A DNA stretch of 64,000 bases from Candidatus Latescibacterota bacterium (GTDB lineage: Bacteria > Latescibacterota > UBA2968 > SICM01). The notes under the pieces were generated by a model. The model was not told where the DNA came from. It saw only the letters and a program-made list of their open reading frames with translations, and did no database searches. Positions 1-10,652 of this stretch are shown one piece after another. The first letter of the stretch is position 1; the number at the start of each line of letters is the position of its first letter. The position numbers and the translations under genes are program-made. The stretch lies in assembly GCA_965217865.1 (NCBI GenBank), contig CBDCJO010000002.1:2528001-2592000 (forward strand), given 5' to 3'.

Positions 1-2
1 GA

Positions 3-950
3 CTCCGCGGAAGAAAACAGGATCTCAGGGGCAGCAGAGTGGCCACGGTCCACGCCGTCAAAAAGCGATTCTTCGAGGTTCTTCAGGCGGAGAAGCTGTT
101 GGCGTTGAACCAGGAGTCGGTTCGCACGGCGGAGGAATCCCTCCGTCGCTCGAAGACCATGTATGAGATCGGGTCGGTGGCCGTATCGGACGTGCTGAAG
201 GCCAGGTCCGCTCTCGAAGCCCTGAAGGTGACCGTGATCACCCAGGACAACGAGATGAAGATCGCTCGGTCAAACCTGGCTTTCGTTCTCGGGATTGACG
301 TCAACCGTTCGATTCGGCTGAAAGCCGGTGACCTCACCGTCGAGCCTATGGCGCTCAGTTACGAACAGGCCCTCACAAAAGCCGTGGACCGCCGGCCTGA
401 CCTGCAATCCAAGAATTTTGACCTGGAACAAACCAGAAGGCAGATGGATGCGGCGAGGGCGTTGATCCGCAGGCCGACGGTCTCGATGAGCGCAGGATAT
501 TCGTGGCGGACGCAGAACACGCCTTTCCAGGGTATCGAGGATCTTTTTCTACAGAACTACATCTACACCTTCGGGCTGAACATCTCGTTGCCGATCTTCA
601 ACGGAATGAGAACGGAAAATCAGGGCGACCAGAACGAGCTCAGGTATCTCGTGAACCTGGAACAACTGAGACAGGTCAAGCGGCAGATCGCACTGGATGT
701 GAAGCAGTCCCTTTTGAATCTGGAACGGGATCGGAAACAGATAGCCGCACAGCAGGAGGCTGTGAAGGCGGCGGAAGAAGATTTCCGATTGGCCGAGGAG
801 CGCTACAATTTCGGCGCGGGGACGATTCTGGAGCGGCTGGATGCACAGGAGCGGCTCTTCAGGTCCAAGAATCAGCATATCAACGCCATCTATGACTACC
901 AGAAGCGGCTTGCGGACCTGGAGGCCGCTCTGGGTGGGATTGAAGAGTGA
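3..950 (+). CDS. TolC-family outer membrane efflux protein (5' end outside window)
   Basis: OEP-like repeats (GSVAVSDVLKA; YNFGAGTILERLDAQ; LNISLPIFNG); frame open to the window edge. Confidence 0.85.
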   Translation, partial: LRGRKQDLRGSRVATVHAVKKRFFEVLQAEKLLALNQESVRTAEESLRRSKTMYEIGSVAVSDVLKARSALEALKVTVITQDNEMKIARSNLAFVLGIDVNRSIRLKAGDLTVEPMALSYEQALTKAVDRRPDLQSKNFDLEQTRRQMDAARALIRRPTVSMSAGYSWRTQNTPFQGIEDLFLQNYIYTFGLNISLPIFNGMRTENQGDQNELRYLVNLEQLRQVKRQIALDVKQSLLNLERDRKQIAAQQEAVKAAEEDFRLAEERYNFGAGTILERLDAQERLFRSKNQHINAIYDYQKRLADLEAALGGIEE

Positions 951-1021
951 AGGGGTCGGGTGGGCCGGGGGCCGGAGGCAGGTAAAGGCAAAGGAGAATC
1001 TGTGAAAAAGGGGGTGATGCG

Positions 1022-1486
1022 GTGATGCCAGGAATCCGATCGGTTATGTCTGCCGTCCTTTTTGGGGTTCTGCTCCTATCGTCCGGCCCACGGTCTTACG
1101 CCGAAAGCGGCTCTTTCATGTTTTCCAAGAAGTTTTACGGCGCAGTCTCGTCCGCGTCGAGCCTGTTCTTCTTCAAAGAGGCCTACGACGCCCGGAAGGA
1201 GGCCAACCGGAACTACGATTCCTACAAGACCGCAGGCGATTCCCAGCAGGCCTTGAGCTTCTATAACGAGTCCAAACGGGGAGATACCCGGATGGCGATC
1301 ATGCTTGGCCTCGGAGGCGGTACACTGGCCTACGGGATCTATCTCTTGCTGCTCGACGAGGGTCATGGAATTTTAGATCATGAGAAAGAGGAATTGAACC
1401 GGTTCGAGATCAAAGGCATCGGATTACACGTGGCGAGTGATCTTCAAAACAAGGGTCTTCAATTCTACGTTAACCGGAGATTTTAA
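1022..1486 (+). CDS. Hypothetical exported/membrane protein
   Basis: Signal-like N-terminus, one hydrophobic segment, C-terminal Phe. Confidence 0.6.
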   Translation: MMPGIRSVMSAVLFGVLLLSSGPRSYAESGSFMFSKKFYGAVSSASSLFFFKEAYDARKEANRNYDSYKTAGDSQQALSFYNESKRGDTRMAIMLGLGGGTLAYGIYLLLLDEGHGILDHEKEELNRFEIKGIGLHVASDLQNKGLQFYVNRRF

Positions 1487-1505
1487 GGCGGGTGTTTTTC
1501 CATTC

Positions 1506-1539
1506 GATAGGGTGAGTCGGGGACTCACCCTATCTTTTT
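1506..1539 (+). terminator. Intrinsic terminator
   Basis: Perfect 13-bp stem GATAGGGTGAGTC/GACTCACCCTATC followed by T5. Confidence 0.85.
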
Positions 1540-1578
1540 GTGAATGTTTCGGGTCACCCGGATATGGGGGATTTTATT

Positions 1579-2430
1579 ATGTCTTACTACACCGCCCTTG
1601 AGGATCTGTTCGAAGATGTGGTGGGAAAGTCCCTCCGGGGTCAAGGGCTTGCACAGCGGGATGTGGAGCAGCGGTCCGGGCTAAAGGCTGGGGATCTCGC
1701 TCGGATTACCGGGGGAGGATTCGTTCCTGATGATGCCCGGATTGTGGCACTGGCAAACATTCTCGGTCTGCACGGACAGCGGCTGGTCGATAGCGCCCGT
1801 TGTGCATGGTTTCCGAAAAACCCGGATGGGGCGATCGGAAACGCCAGGATCGGTGTTGATATGCTGGTCGTGGACGGATCCATGGTGATGAACAGCTATA
1901 TCTTTTGGGATCAGGAGACGAAGGAAGCGGCTTTCATCGATCCGGGGGACGAAGCGAATCGGCTCCTGGAATCGGTTCAAAGAAGAGGATTGAAACCGGT
2001 TCAAATCATGTTGACCCACGGCCACGGGGACCATACCGGGGCCCTGAGACAGGTGAAACAGAGATACGACATACCGACCACTATCAACGAAAGGGATCTT
2101 CCGTTGCTCGGGGGACTCCGGGCGCTGATCGATGAGACGATCGAGGAGGGATGGGAATCGAAGGTCGGCGGGCTGAATGTGCGGGCTATGGCCCTTCCGG
2201 GTCATACGGCCGGCGGAATCGGTTTTTCGACCGAGGATGTCCTTTTTTCCGGAGACGCTCTTTTCGCGGGTTCGATGGGCGGGACACGGAACCCGGACGC
2301 CTACGCCTCCCAGATTCGCGCCGTTCGCGATAAGGCGTTGAAGCTCCCAGAAGCGACAACGGTCTTTCCGGGTCACGGCCCCGCTTCGACGGTTGGAGAA
2401 GAGCGGAGACACAACCCATTCATTCTGTAA
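1579..2430 (+). CDS. MBL-fold metallo-hydrolase (glyoxalase II-like) with N-terminal XRE-like HTH
   Basis: THGHGDH, PGHT, SGDALF and FPGHGP motifs; helical N-terminal domain. Confidence 0.85.
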   Translation: MSYYTALEDLFEDVVGKSLRGQGLAQRDVEQRSGLKAGDLARITGGGFVPDDARIVALANILGLHGQRLVDSARCAWFPKNPDGAIGNARIGVDMLVVDGSMVMNSYIFWDQETKEAAFIDPGDEANRLLESVQRRGLKPVQIMLTHGHGDHTGALRQVKQRYDIPTTINERDLPLLGGLRALIDETIEEGWESKVGGLNVRAMALPGHTAGGIGFSTEDVLFSGDALFAGSMGGTRNPDAYASQIRAVRDKALKLPEATTVFPGHGPASTVGEERRHNPFIL

Positions 2431-2446
2431 TCCAAGGTGAGGCACC

Positions 2447-3898
2447 ATGGTCACTGGCCGGGGGCTCACCCGGAAGGTCATTCGAGGAGGGGTCTGGAAC
2501 ACCGTCGGTTCATTTGGGGATCGGCTGCTCGGTCTGGTTCGAACCGTCATCCTTGCCCGGCTTCTGCTCCCTGCGGACTTTGGGCTTCTGGGAATCTCCC
2601 TCGCCACCATCGGGAGCCTCCAATCGATCACCCACCTTGGGATCGGCCCTGCTCTGATTCAGCGGCGGAAGGTCGATGCTCACGTCCTGAACACCGCCTG
2701 GGTACTTTCGATCCTCCGGGGCTTCCTGCTATGCATTATCCTGGTGATATCGGCCCCTTATGCCGCAAGCTTTTTTAATGAACCGAGGGTGATCCCGATC
2801 ATCCGATTTCTTGCCCTGAATCAATTTCTTATTGGTCTGCAAAGCATTGGTGTTTTTCTTCTTGAAAAAGAACTCGATTTTAAACGTCGTTCTCTCTTCA
2901 ACCTATTGGCCGGGGTCTTCACGACGGGGGTCTCGGTCATCGCCGCATTTATCCTTGGCAATGTCTGGGCCCTGGTTTGGGGTGAATTGGCAGGAGGCGC
3001 CATTCGGCTTGTCCTCTCCTATCATTTTCATCCCTTTCGACCCCGGATCCACCTAAATTTCCGAATTGCCCGAGAGCTTTTCAGCTACTGCAGGCATATC
3101 TTTGTTTTTCAGATCATTCTATATCTCCTGCTTCAGGGAGACGACCTTATCGTGGGCCGGTTCCTCGGGTCCGTTGCGCTGGGATACTACACGCTCGCAT
3201 ATCAGTTAGCCTGCTTGCCTGCCACCATGATCAGCGGTTCCATCTCCGGTGTTACTTTTCCAGCCTACGCAAAGCTCCAGGACAGCATCGATGATCTCCG
3301 GACTGCTTATCTGCGCACGGTTCGGCTTATCGGCTTTCTCACGATTCCTGCAGCCGGATTCCTGTTCATTTTTGCTACAGAGATCATCCAGGTGGTTTTT
3401 GGATCGCGTTGGCTTCCGATGGTCCCGGTTATGAGGGCACTTTGTTTCTTCGGCGTTTTCCGTTCCCTCAATACGACATTTGGGGCTCTCTTCCAGGGCA
3501 TTGGAAAGCCTGACCTCCTTAAAAAAATTACCTTCTGGCAACTTGTCTGGTTCGCTGTAATCGTCTATCCCTGCCTGATTCATCTGGGGTTCGTCGGGAT
3601 TGCTATCTCCATCACATCCGCCAGCCTTTTTGCCGCGCTGTTGGCTTCGAGAGGATTGAAGCGGTGGGTCCAGGTGGGATTAACTACGGTATTGGGCAGC
3701 TTGGCCGGACCTTTAATGTCAACCTTGCTTGCAGGAGCCGGGGGATATGCAGCCGCTCGCCTGTTCAACCTGGCATCAATAATTCCCCTATTTTCGGTCC
3801 TTTTGGGTTACTGTGTTCTCTATCTTGTTTCCATACGGATCATCAACCGCGGTCTCTTCCAAGAAGTCCAATCCCTCGTGAGGCAGGTGTTTGTGTGA
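2447..3898 (+). CDS. Wzx/PST-family polysaccharide flippase
   Basis: ILARLLLPADFG, LGYYTLAY, TFPAYAK motifs; many TM helices. Confidence 0.9.
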   Translation: MVTGRGLTRKVIRGGVWNTVGSFGDRLLGLVRTVILARLLLPADFGLLGISLATIGSLQSITHLGIGPALIQRRKVDAHVLNTAWVLSILRGFLLCIILVISAPYAASFFNEPRVIPIIRFLALNQFLIGLQSIGVFLLEKELDFKRRSLFNLLAGVFTTGVSVIAAFILGNVWALVWGELAGGAIRLVLSYHFHPFRPRIHLNFRIARELFSYCRHIFVFQIILYLLLQGDDLIVGRFLGSVALGYYTLAYQLACLPATMISGSISGVTFPAYAKLQDSIDDLRTAYLRTVRLIGFLTIPAAGFLFIFATEIIQVVFGSRWLPMVPVMRALCFFGVFRSLNTTFGALFQGIGKPDLLKKITFWQLVWFAVIVYPCLIHLGFVGIAISITSASLFAALLASRGLKRWVQVGLTTVLGSLAGPLMSTLLAGAGGYAAARLFNLASIIPLFSVLLGYCVLYLVSIRIINRGLFQEVQSLVRQVFV

Positions 3899-3948
3899 GT
3901 CTCCAAAGTGGTCTAAAAAACAAGGGGACGAGACCAGGAGGTGACACC

Positions 3949-4899
3949 ATGGATGCCAGCGTTATCATCGCAACTTACAACCGAAAATCTCTCCTGGCCT
4001 CGTGTCTGTCTTCCATGGCAGAACAGGAATTTAACGGATCCTATGAGGTACTGGTGGTGGATGACGGGAGTACCGATGGGACCGAGGGGATGGTGGCGGA
4101 CTTTCTTCATCGCTACCCGGTGCCACTCTCCTACTTCCGCCAGAAGAACCAGGGGGAGGTAGCAGCTCGGAACAAGGGAATAGCACAAGCTCGCGGGGAA
4201 GTCATCGCATTTTTAGACGACGATCACGTTGCCACAAAGACCTGGCTTCAAGACATTTGCCGCTCTCTGGAGGACCGGGACGTGGGCGGGGTGAGCGGGC
4301 GTGGCCGGGCTGTGGCTGGACCTGAGCTGATCTCCAAATATCTCTGTTTCCACCGGATGCACGAGGCCCCGCAAATCGAGGGAGGTGAGGTTCTCTACCT
4401 TGTCCTGGGAAACTCAGCGTTCCGCCGTGAGGTGGTGGAGAAAGTCGGGCCGTTAGATGCGGCCTTTAACGCATTCTTCAAAGGGATAGCCGGGGGGGGT
4501 GAGGATACGGAGTTCTCAATCCGAATCAGGAAGATGGGATATCGCCTGGCTTACGATCCCCTGGCTGTAACAGACCACCATCAAAAAACCTCCTTTAAAG
4601 GCGTCATGAAAGAGCGATTCAATTTCGGCGTCAACCGTGTCCCGTGGTTCTTCGTGGAGGGGCGATCAATTTCATTGTTTCCTGTTATAGGACACATTTT
4701 CTGGATGATCTTTTCTCTGATCAACTGGCCTTTCCATCTGTGGCGATACAGAAAGGAGGGGTTGAGCCTTTTGGAAAGCATATTTTTTCCTGTAATAGAC
4801 AAAGTCTATGAGGTTGTCTATCACGTAGGAACCCTCTACGGAGTGGTTCGGATCAAGGGGTCGGTAAAGGCGGGGGTCGGAGGTCAGGAAAGGAAATAG
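3949..4899 (+). CDS. Glycosyltransferase family 2
   Basis: SVIIATYN, VVDDGSTD, FLDDD, GEDTE motifs; AGGAGG RBS before ATG 3949. Confidence 0.9.
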   Translation: MDASVIIATYNRKSLLASCLSSMAEQEFNGSYEVLVVDDGSTDGTEGMVADFLHRYPVPLSYFRQKNQGEVAARNKGIAQARGEVIAFLDDDHVATKTWLQDICRSLEDRDVGGVSGRGRAVAGPELISKYLCFHRMHEAPQIEGGEVLYLVLGNSAFRREVVEKVGPLDAAFNAFFKGIAGGGEDTEFSIRIRKMGYRLAYDPLAVTDHHQKTSFKGVMKERFNFGVNRVPWFFVEGRSISLFPVIGHIFWMIFSLINWPFHLWRYRKEGLSLLESIFFPVIDKVYEVVYHVGTLYGVVRIKGSVKAGVGGQERK

Positions 4900-6140
4900 C
4901 AGAGTGAAAAATGCAAAATGGAAAATGAAACCCGTGGGTTGTTCCAATATTCAATTCTCCGATATTCAATATTCAATGACACTGTGACCATCCTCATCTC
5001 TTCAGCATCCTATGTCTTCTCGGACCATGTTCCGGGCGGTGAGTTTCAGGTGGCCTATGATCTGGTGAAGCGGCTTGCGCTAAGAGGTTACCGGATCCAC
5101 GTATTGGCCCCTATGGTTCGTCTGAATCAAGGGCTCCGCGGGGTCATTCCTCGGGAGATCGGTCCCTATGACCTCCTTGACCGCACTCACTACGCAACGT
5201 ATCAGTGGAGGTATTGGAGGTTCACCTGGAATTCTTATCGGGCGGCCAAAGCTATTGCATCCCGTGAAGCCATCGATGTGGTGCATCATATCCGACCCGC
5301 CTTCCCCGGACGGTTTAGTCTCTGCTGGCGACTCGACATTCCGTTTGTCTATGGGCCGATGAGTCTCCCAGTTGCGCCATCTCTACCCGACGGGGTGAAG
5401 GATGGGGGGGTCGTGAAAACGGACTTGCGGGATCGAATTGAAGGCAAGATGGCCGATCGATTAAATATGACGCTGGGAGGCTATCTCTGGAAAAAGACCA
5501 TGGAGAAGGCCGCCAGTATCCCGGTTTCCGTTTCCCTCACACGTTCCTTCCTGCCCCCAACTTGTGTGGACCGTTCTCCTTTGATCCCTCTGGGAGTAGA
5601 CACCCACGTTTTTAAACCCGGTGGACACGGGGATTCGAACACCGTGCTGTATGCCGGGAACCTGTTTCGGTCAAAAGGCCTCCAGTATCTTATAGAGGCA
5701 ATGCCCCGATTGGTGCGTTTTATACCCGGAGCACAACTCATCGTGGCGGGTGATGGACCGGACCGGGCTTTTTTTCATTCCCTGGCCGAGAAGCTGGGTA
5801 TGAGCGGCCGGATTCGATTCCTCGGGGCCGTCCCCTTCGACCGTATGCCTCCCCTTTACCAAAGCTGTTCGGTTTTCTGTCTTCCGACCCTTGCTGAAGC
5901 TTTTGGGGTCAGTCTGCTTCAGGCGATGGCTTCCGGGAAACCGGTGGTGGCCAGCCGGGTGGGAGGCGTTCCCCATTTTGTCGATGATGGTCGATCCGGG
6001 ATCCTGGTTGCCCCGGGGAATCCAGAAGAACTTGCTGAAGCCCTTCAGGCCCTGATATTAATATAAAGGCCCTCGTTGTCAGGAGAGGTTATAATTGAGA
6101 TCCGGATATCTCAATCACCTTTCTCCCACAGGAGGGCCTT

Positions 6141-7184
6141 ATGCAATACGCAAGGATCGACTCGAACTATTTCTGTGGCATCGATCTCCACGCCAGAACG
6201 ATGTTTGTCTGCATCATGGACAAGATGGGAGAGATTGTGTTCCAGCGCAACCTGAAAAACGACTTCAAGCTCCTGCTGCAGGTGCTGGAAACTCACCTCG
6301 GTAGCATCGCCGTCGGGGTGGAGTCAACCTTCAACTGGTACTGGCTGGCTGACGGGTGTCACAAGGCCGGGATTCCATTCTACCTGGGACACGCCCTGTA
6401 TATGAAGGCGATCCATGGGGGCAAGAAAAAGAACGACCGTCTCGATTCCAGAATGCTGGCTGAGCTGATGCGCTGCAACCTGTTCCCGATGGCCTATGCC
6501 TATCCGCAAGAGATGCGGGCAACCCGGGACCTGCTCCGGCGAAGACACCGGTTTGTGGCCTTACGGGCTGAGTGTTACACCCACATCCAGAACACCTTCT
6601 CTCAGCAAGCTATCCTGGATCCTCTCAGCGACCAGGTCAAAAAGAAGAGCAACAGGAGAAAGCTGTGCGAACGTCTGGCCGACCCAGATCTGAGTATGTC
6701 TGTGGACTGCGATCTGGACCTGGTTGACTCCCTGGACAAAATGATCTACAAAGTCGAGAAGCAAGTCTTGGCACAGGCCAAACATCACGATCGCAATGTC
6801 CTGTCTATCCTGATGACGGTTCCCGGACTTGGGGAGATGTTGGCCATGACCATCCTGTATGAAATCCACACGATTGAACGGTTCAAATCCGCTTCAGCCT
6901 TCTCCTCCTACAGCCGGCTGATCAAAGTCGAGAGAGAGTCCGCTGGAAAGAAGACAAAGGACGGGAATAACAAAATCGGCAACCCACACCTAAAGTGGGC
7001 CTTCTCAGAAATCATCCTCGTCGCCCAGCGATGGTCAGAACCGATCAATAGATACTACGAGAAGCTCAAAAGCAAACAAGGTCCGGGAAAAGCCAAGAGC
7101 GTCATCGCTCACAAATTCGGCGTGGCCGCCTACCAAATGCTCAAAAACGGCCAGGCATTCGACGAGAAACGGTTTGTAGCATAA
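6141..7184 (+). CDS. IS110-family DEDD recombinase/transposase
   Basis: GIDLH, VES, KNDRLDS; C-terminal Tnp20-like ESAGK...GNPHLKWAF. Confidence 0.95.
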   Translation: MQYARIDSNYFCGIDLHARTMFVCIMDKMGEIVFQRNLKNDFKLLLQVLETHLGSIAVGVESTFNWYWLADGCHKAGIPFYLGHALYMKAIHGGKKKNDRLDSRMLAELMRCNLFPMAYAYPQEMRATRDLLRRRHRFVALRAECYTHIQNTFSQQAILDPLSDQVKKKSNRRKLCERLADPDLSMSVDCDLDLVDSLDKMIYKVEKQVLAQAKHHDRNVLSILMTVPGLGEMLAMTILYEIHTIERFKSASAFSSYSRLIKVERESAGKKTKDGNNKIGNPHLKWAFSEIILVAQRWSEPINRYYEKLKSKQGPGKAKSVIAHKFGVAAYQMLKNGQAFDEKRFVA

Positions 7185-7660
7185 TGGGTGGGGCGGTTAA
7201 CCCGGCGCCTAACTGGCAGGGCAACGTCCGGACAATAGCCCAGCTCATCGGCTTGATTGGGAAGCCGCCTTCACCCCTTATTTAGAACATAGATGAGCGG
7301 ATCTGAGACAGTCAGTCCGTCTGCCCCCGCGATGAACCCGAACCTAACTGGCGTTCCCCCTCATAAAAGGGGAGAACAGCCATCCTTCTTGATTGGGACT
7401 CAAGGGGTACCGATTATTTTCTGGAGGGAGAGGACAATGCCTCTCCCAGGGCGCTCCACAGTATACCGTGAGAGGCGCTTGATTCCCGATACGTGTTTGG
7501 TGCAGATGGCTCACATCTAGCCCGGTTTGTGAAAATCAAGTCAGACCGACGACTGACAAAGATCCGAACATCGCCAAACCTCTTCGGATCGGCTCATTGC
7601 ACGCCCCGAACGTTAGGGTCGCAAAAAAACGGTGAAAATCGTGATGGAGGAGTCTTTTTT
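7185..7660 (+). ncRNA. Candidate bridge/seek RNA region of the IS110 element
   Basis: About 480-nt non-coding end with two related units AACCCG..CCTAACTGGC...CTTGATTGGG (7199-7261, 7335-7397). Confidence 0.55.
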
Positions 7661-7885
7661 TCTTGACCCGGGGCCTTTAATATGTGTTAAGCGATCCGAC
7701 GCGCTGCCAGGAAACCGGTGAGTACAATCGACGGCTTTGCGTGGAACGATATAATTGGGATGTGGTTGTGGATCAAATCGAAGGGATTTACAGATCAGTT
7801 GTTTCATAACGGAAACGGGAATGAATTTTTCTTGACTTTTGGGCACGACAAGGGACAAACAATTTTTAAGGATCGTTGAGGTTCA

Positions 7886-8338
7886 ATGAACAAACGAAGA
7901 ATCCTTTATGTTTCGGAAGCGGATATATTCGGGGGGGCGGAAAGATATCTCCTGATGGTCCTGGAGGGGCTGGATCGAAAACGCTATGATCCAACCGTTG
8001 CGCTCCATCCGGAAGCACCGAGGCAATTGGTTGAAGAATTGGAAGCCCTTAAGGTTCCCCTTTGTTCCATCATCCCGATCCGGGGTAAGCGGGACTTTTT
8101 CAGTTTGATTATGCAGAGGGTGCTTTTCAAGGATAAAAAACCCGACATCGCCCTTATGTCTGAAGTATCCATTATTCCACTTTATGAAGAAATGCCTGAC
8201 TGGATAGAGGGGTTATCGTGTTTTCAAAGGGCCGGATTTGAGATCGCGGGACTGTTTCCCGTGGCTCGAGATTCACTTCGGATTGTTGAATACGATGTTA
8301 TCATGGTAAACGCCGGGCTCCAAAATCAATCGGGATAG
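7886..8338 (+). pseudogene. Chimeric remnant: GT4 N-terminus fused to FkbM-type methyltransferase C-terminus
   Basis: ILYVSEADIFGGAERYL...KPDI (GT4 N-domain) followed by SEVSIIPLYEEMPDW...GLFPVARDSLRIVEYDVIMV (FkbM-like tail). Confidence 0.6.
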
Positions 8339-8363
8339 GCTCTACTCCTGAATAGGCGACAAT

Positions 8364-9917
8364 TTGGGAAAGCAAAAGATTGGGTTGCGTTCAAAGTTAA
8401 GCAAGATTAAAATCTGGGCGGCCCCTGGTCGGATAAGGCTCCGAGGGATTGTAATCCTGTTCGGCCTTCTGGGAACTCTGTCGTTAACTTCGCTGTTGCC
8501 CCCAGACGGGGACGGCGCCAATTACATCGTTTTGGCCGAAAGTCTTGCAAATGGCCGCGGCTATGTGAATACCGTCTTTCCCGGCGACCCCCCCGAGACT
8601 TTATACCCCCCGCTCCTTCCGCTTTTTCTGGCCCCCCTGGTTGGGCTGTTGGGTCACAACTATCTGATCCTCAAGCTGGTTCCGTTCGCCTTCGGGGCCG
8701 CAGCCCTAATCCCGATGTTTTTCCTTCTAAGAGTTCGTTGGGGCGACGACATGGCCCTTGTCGTGACTGTGCTCACGGCCGTCAACCCTTTCTACCTGAA
8801 CATTGCAACCAGCATCTTAAGTGAAACGGTCTATCTTTTCCTGACCCTCTGTGCCATGCTTGCCCTTAACCGTTCCGCCGAATCTGACGGGAGTTTGAAG
8901 GAATCGGTTAAGCCCGCCCTATTGATCGCTGCTTCATTTTACGCCCGGACGGTCGGGTTGACGCTTACCGTGGCATCCGGCCTTTATCTGCTTTTGCAGC
9001 GAAGGTTCAGATGGGCGTTTGTGTTGGTGATCATTCAACTGGTTTTAATCGGTTGGTGGGGATGGCGGAGCGTCCAGGTAGACAGCCCCTACATCGGCCT
9101 CCTGCTGAAGCCCAACGAAGACACGTCCGTGGCCGGGGTCGCCTCCAAATGGTTGGGTCTCGTAATACACAATATCCCTCGATATGCTGGAAAGGTGATG
9201 GCCGATCTGGCGGGAGGCCCCTTTGTCGCGCTGATCGACCCGTACCATCCCGTCAAAGTAGGCGCGAGTTTAACTCTTTCCCTCCTGTTTATCGTGGGAT
9301 TCATTAAGGATCTTCGAGATCGTGTCTCTCTGGAGGGGGTTTATCTGTTGATCTACCTGGGCGTACACAGTTTGTGGCCCTATCACCATGCCCGGTTTCT
9401 GATCCCGATCCTCCCGTTTATTCTTGCGTACTCGATCTCCGGTCTGGAAACCCTGCTGGGGGCTTGGCCCCATGTGCGCGACCGGGCACGATACGGGATG
9501 GTTATGTTCCTGGGAATTGTGGGTCTTTCCGGGTGCATCACCCTGATCTATCACAACCGGACGGACTTCTACTTTCCCGAGATGAAGAGCTACCGGGAGG
9601 CGTGTCTCTGGATCAAGTCCAATACACCTCCCGATGCCGTCGTTGTTTGCCGAAAACCGAGGATGGCAGCCTTATGGTCGGACCGAAAAGCGTGGTGGTA
9701 CACAGGTGGGCGTGAAGCGGAAGAATTCGTTGAGAATGTCCGAAGAATAAAGGGGTCTCACGTCATCGTGAATAACTTCCGGATCTCCGGAGTGAACCTG
9801 GCAGAATCTTTCGAAGGGGTTTTAAAAGGATATCCCGGGGTTTTTCAGCCTGTCTATCATACCGAACTGCCCCGGGTTCTGGTCTACGAGATCAACTTCA
9901 GTAAAGAGAACCAATAG
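8364..9917 (+). CDS. GT-C fold (ArnT/PMT-like) membrane glycosyltransferase
   Basis: DGANYIVLAESLANG, YPPLLP, ILSE, RFLIP motifs; multiple TM helices. Confidence 0.8.
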   Translation: MGKQKIGLRSKLSKIKIWAAPGRIRLRGIVILFGLLGTLSLTSLLPPDGDGANYIVLAESLANGRGYVNTVFPGDPPETLYPPLLPLFLAPLVGLLGHNYLILKLVPFAFGAAALIPMFFLLRVRWGDDMALVVTVLTAVNPFYLNIATSILSETVYLFLTLCAMLALNRSAESDGSLKESVKPALLIAASFYARTVGLTLTVASGLYLLLQRRFRWAFVLVIIQLVLIGWWGWRSVQVDSPYIGLLLKPNEDTSVAGVASKWLGLVIHNIPRYAGKVMADLAGGPFVALIDPYHPVKVGASLTLSLLFIVGFIKDLRDRVSLEGVYLLIYLGVHSLWPYHHARFLIPILPFILAYSISGLETLLGAWPHVRDRARYGMVMFLGIVGLSGCITLIYHNRTDFYFPEMKSYREACLWIKSNTPPDAVVVCRKPRMAALWSDRKAWWYTGGREAEEFVENVRRIKGSHVIVNNFRISGVNLAESFEGVLKGYPGVFQPVYHTELPRVLVYEINFSKENQ

Positions 9918-10180
9918 AGATTGGTGGGGGTTTTTCGCGGTTATGTGTGGATGATCCATTTTGGTTGCGACTGAGCCAAGCGAAACCCGCGATAGCCAAT
10001 ATGACTTTCAACAGAACTCCCCTCTCCCGGCACCCGGGAGAGGGGTGCCGCGCTTTCCGGATCGAGATGGTTGCTGCCGAGCGAAACGAAATTATTTGAT
10101 TCAAGGTGATGGGGCACACAATCTTATTCCCGGTCCGGTCCGATAAAAAAATAGAACTAAAGTTGTAAAAATAGAGGGGA

Positions 10181-10196
10181 TGTGATCTGGGTCACC
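10181..10196. promoter_or_regulatory. CRP/FNR-family binding site 1
   Basis: TGTGA-tctggg-TCACC fits TGTGA-N6-TCACA. Confidence 0.55.
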
Positions 10197-10307
10197 ATAT
10201 CCGGGATCACGATTTGTTAGTTTTATTCGCGGACGGATTTTTGAATGGGACTTGATATTTTAACCATCTTCTTTTATATTCTAAAAAGTCATAATTAGCA
10301 ATAAAGG

Positions 10308-10340
10308 GGCTCGTCGGGAGACCGGCGAGCCATTTTATTT
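10308..10340 (+). terminator. Hairpin/terminator in an AT-rich intergenic region
   Basis: GGCTCGTCGG-GAGA-CCGGCGAGCC followed by ATTTTATTT. Confidence 0.6.
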
Positions 10341-10393
10341 AGACCCTTCCAGAAAATCAATTAATACCAAGAAGTTTAAAAAAATATTAAGAT

Positions 10394-10409
10394 TGTGATA
10401 GGGGTCACT
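10394..10409. promoter_or_regulatory. CRP/FNR-family binding site 2
   Basis: TGTGA-tagggg-TCACT fits TGTGA-N6-TCACA. Confidence 0.55.
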
Positions 10410-10652
10410 TCTTAATCAAGATCAATCGCTTATCTTAGGAATACAATGGCCGAGTTAGGCGATCGAATTTTAACCAAAAATTGCTGTAAAAGGTTGCTAA
10501 ACTTCAACCGATTTTGAAACATTATTGAGCTGAACGAAATTTTGTAATTTGATTCTGAGAAACAAGTTGCAATCCTTTCACGATTTTGGTACAGGAATTG
10601 CGATAGTTTAATTACGAATAATTGAAAGAATAGCGCAGAGACAATCTGGAGA

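Larger units (their letters stand above)
6055..7686 (+). mobile_element. IS110-family (IS1111-like) insertion sequence, about 1.63 kb
   Basis: Sub-terminal IRs ATATAAAGGCCC / GGGCCTTTAATAT; TG core at both junctions; no longer TSD; long 3' non-coding end. Confidence 0.88.
4918..7808 (+). pseudogene. GT4 glycosyltransferase split by IS110 (4918-6054 plus 7687-7808)
   Basis: EAFGVSLLQAMASGKPVVAS motif; removing 6055-7686 restores ...EALQALLSDPTRCQETGEYNRRLCVERYNWDVVVDQIEGIYRSVVS*. Confidence 0.9.
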
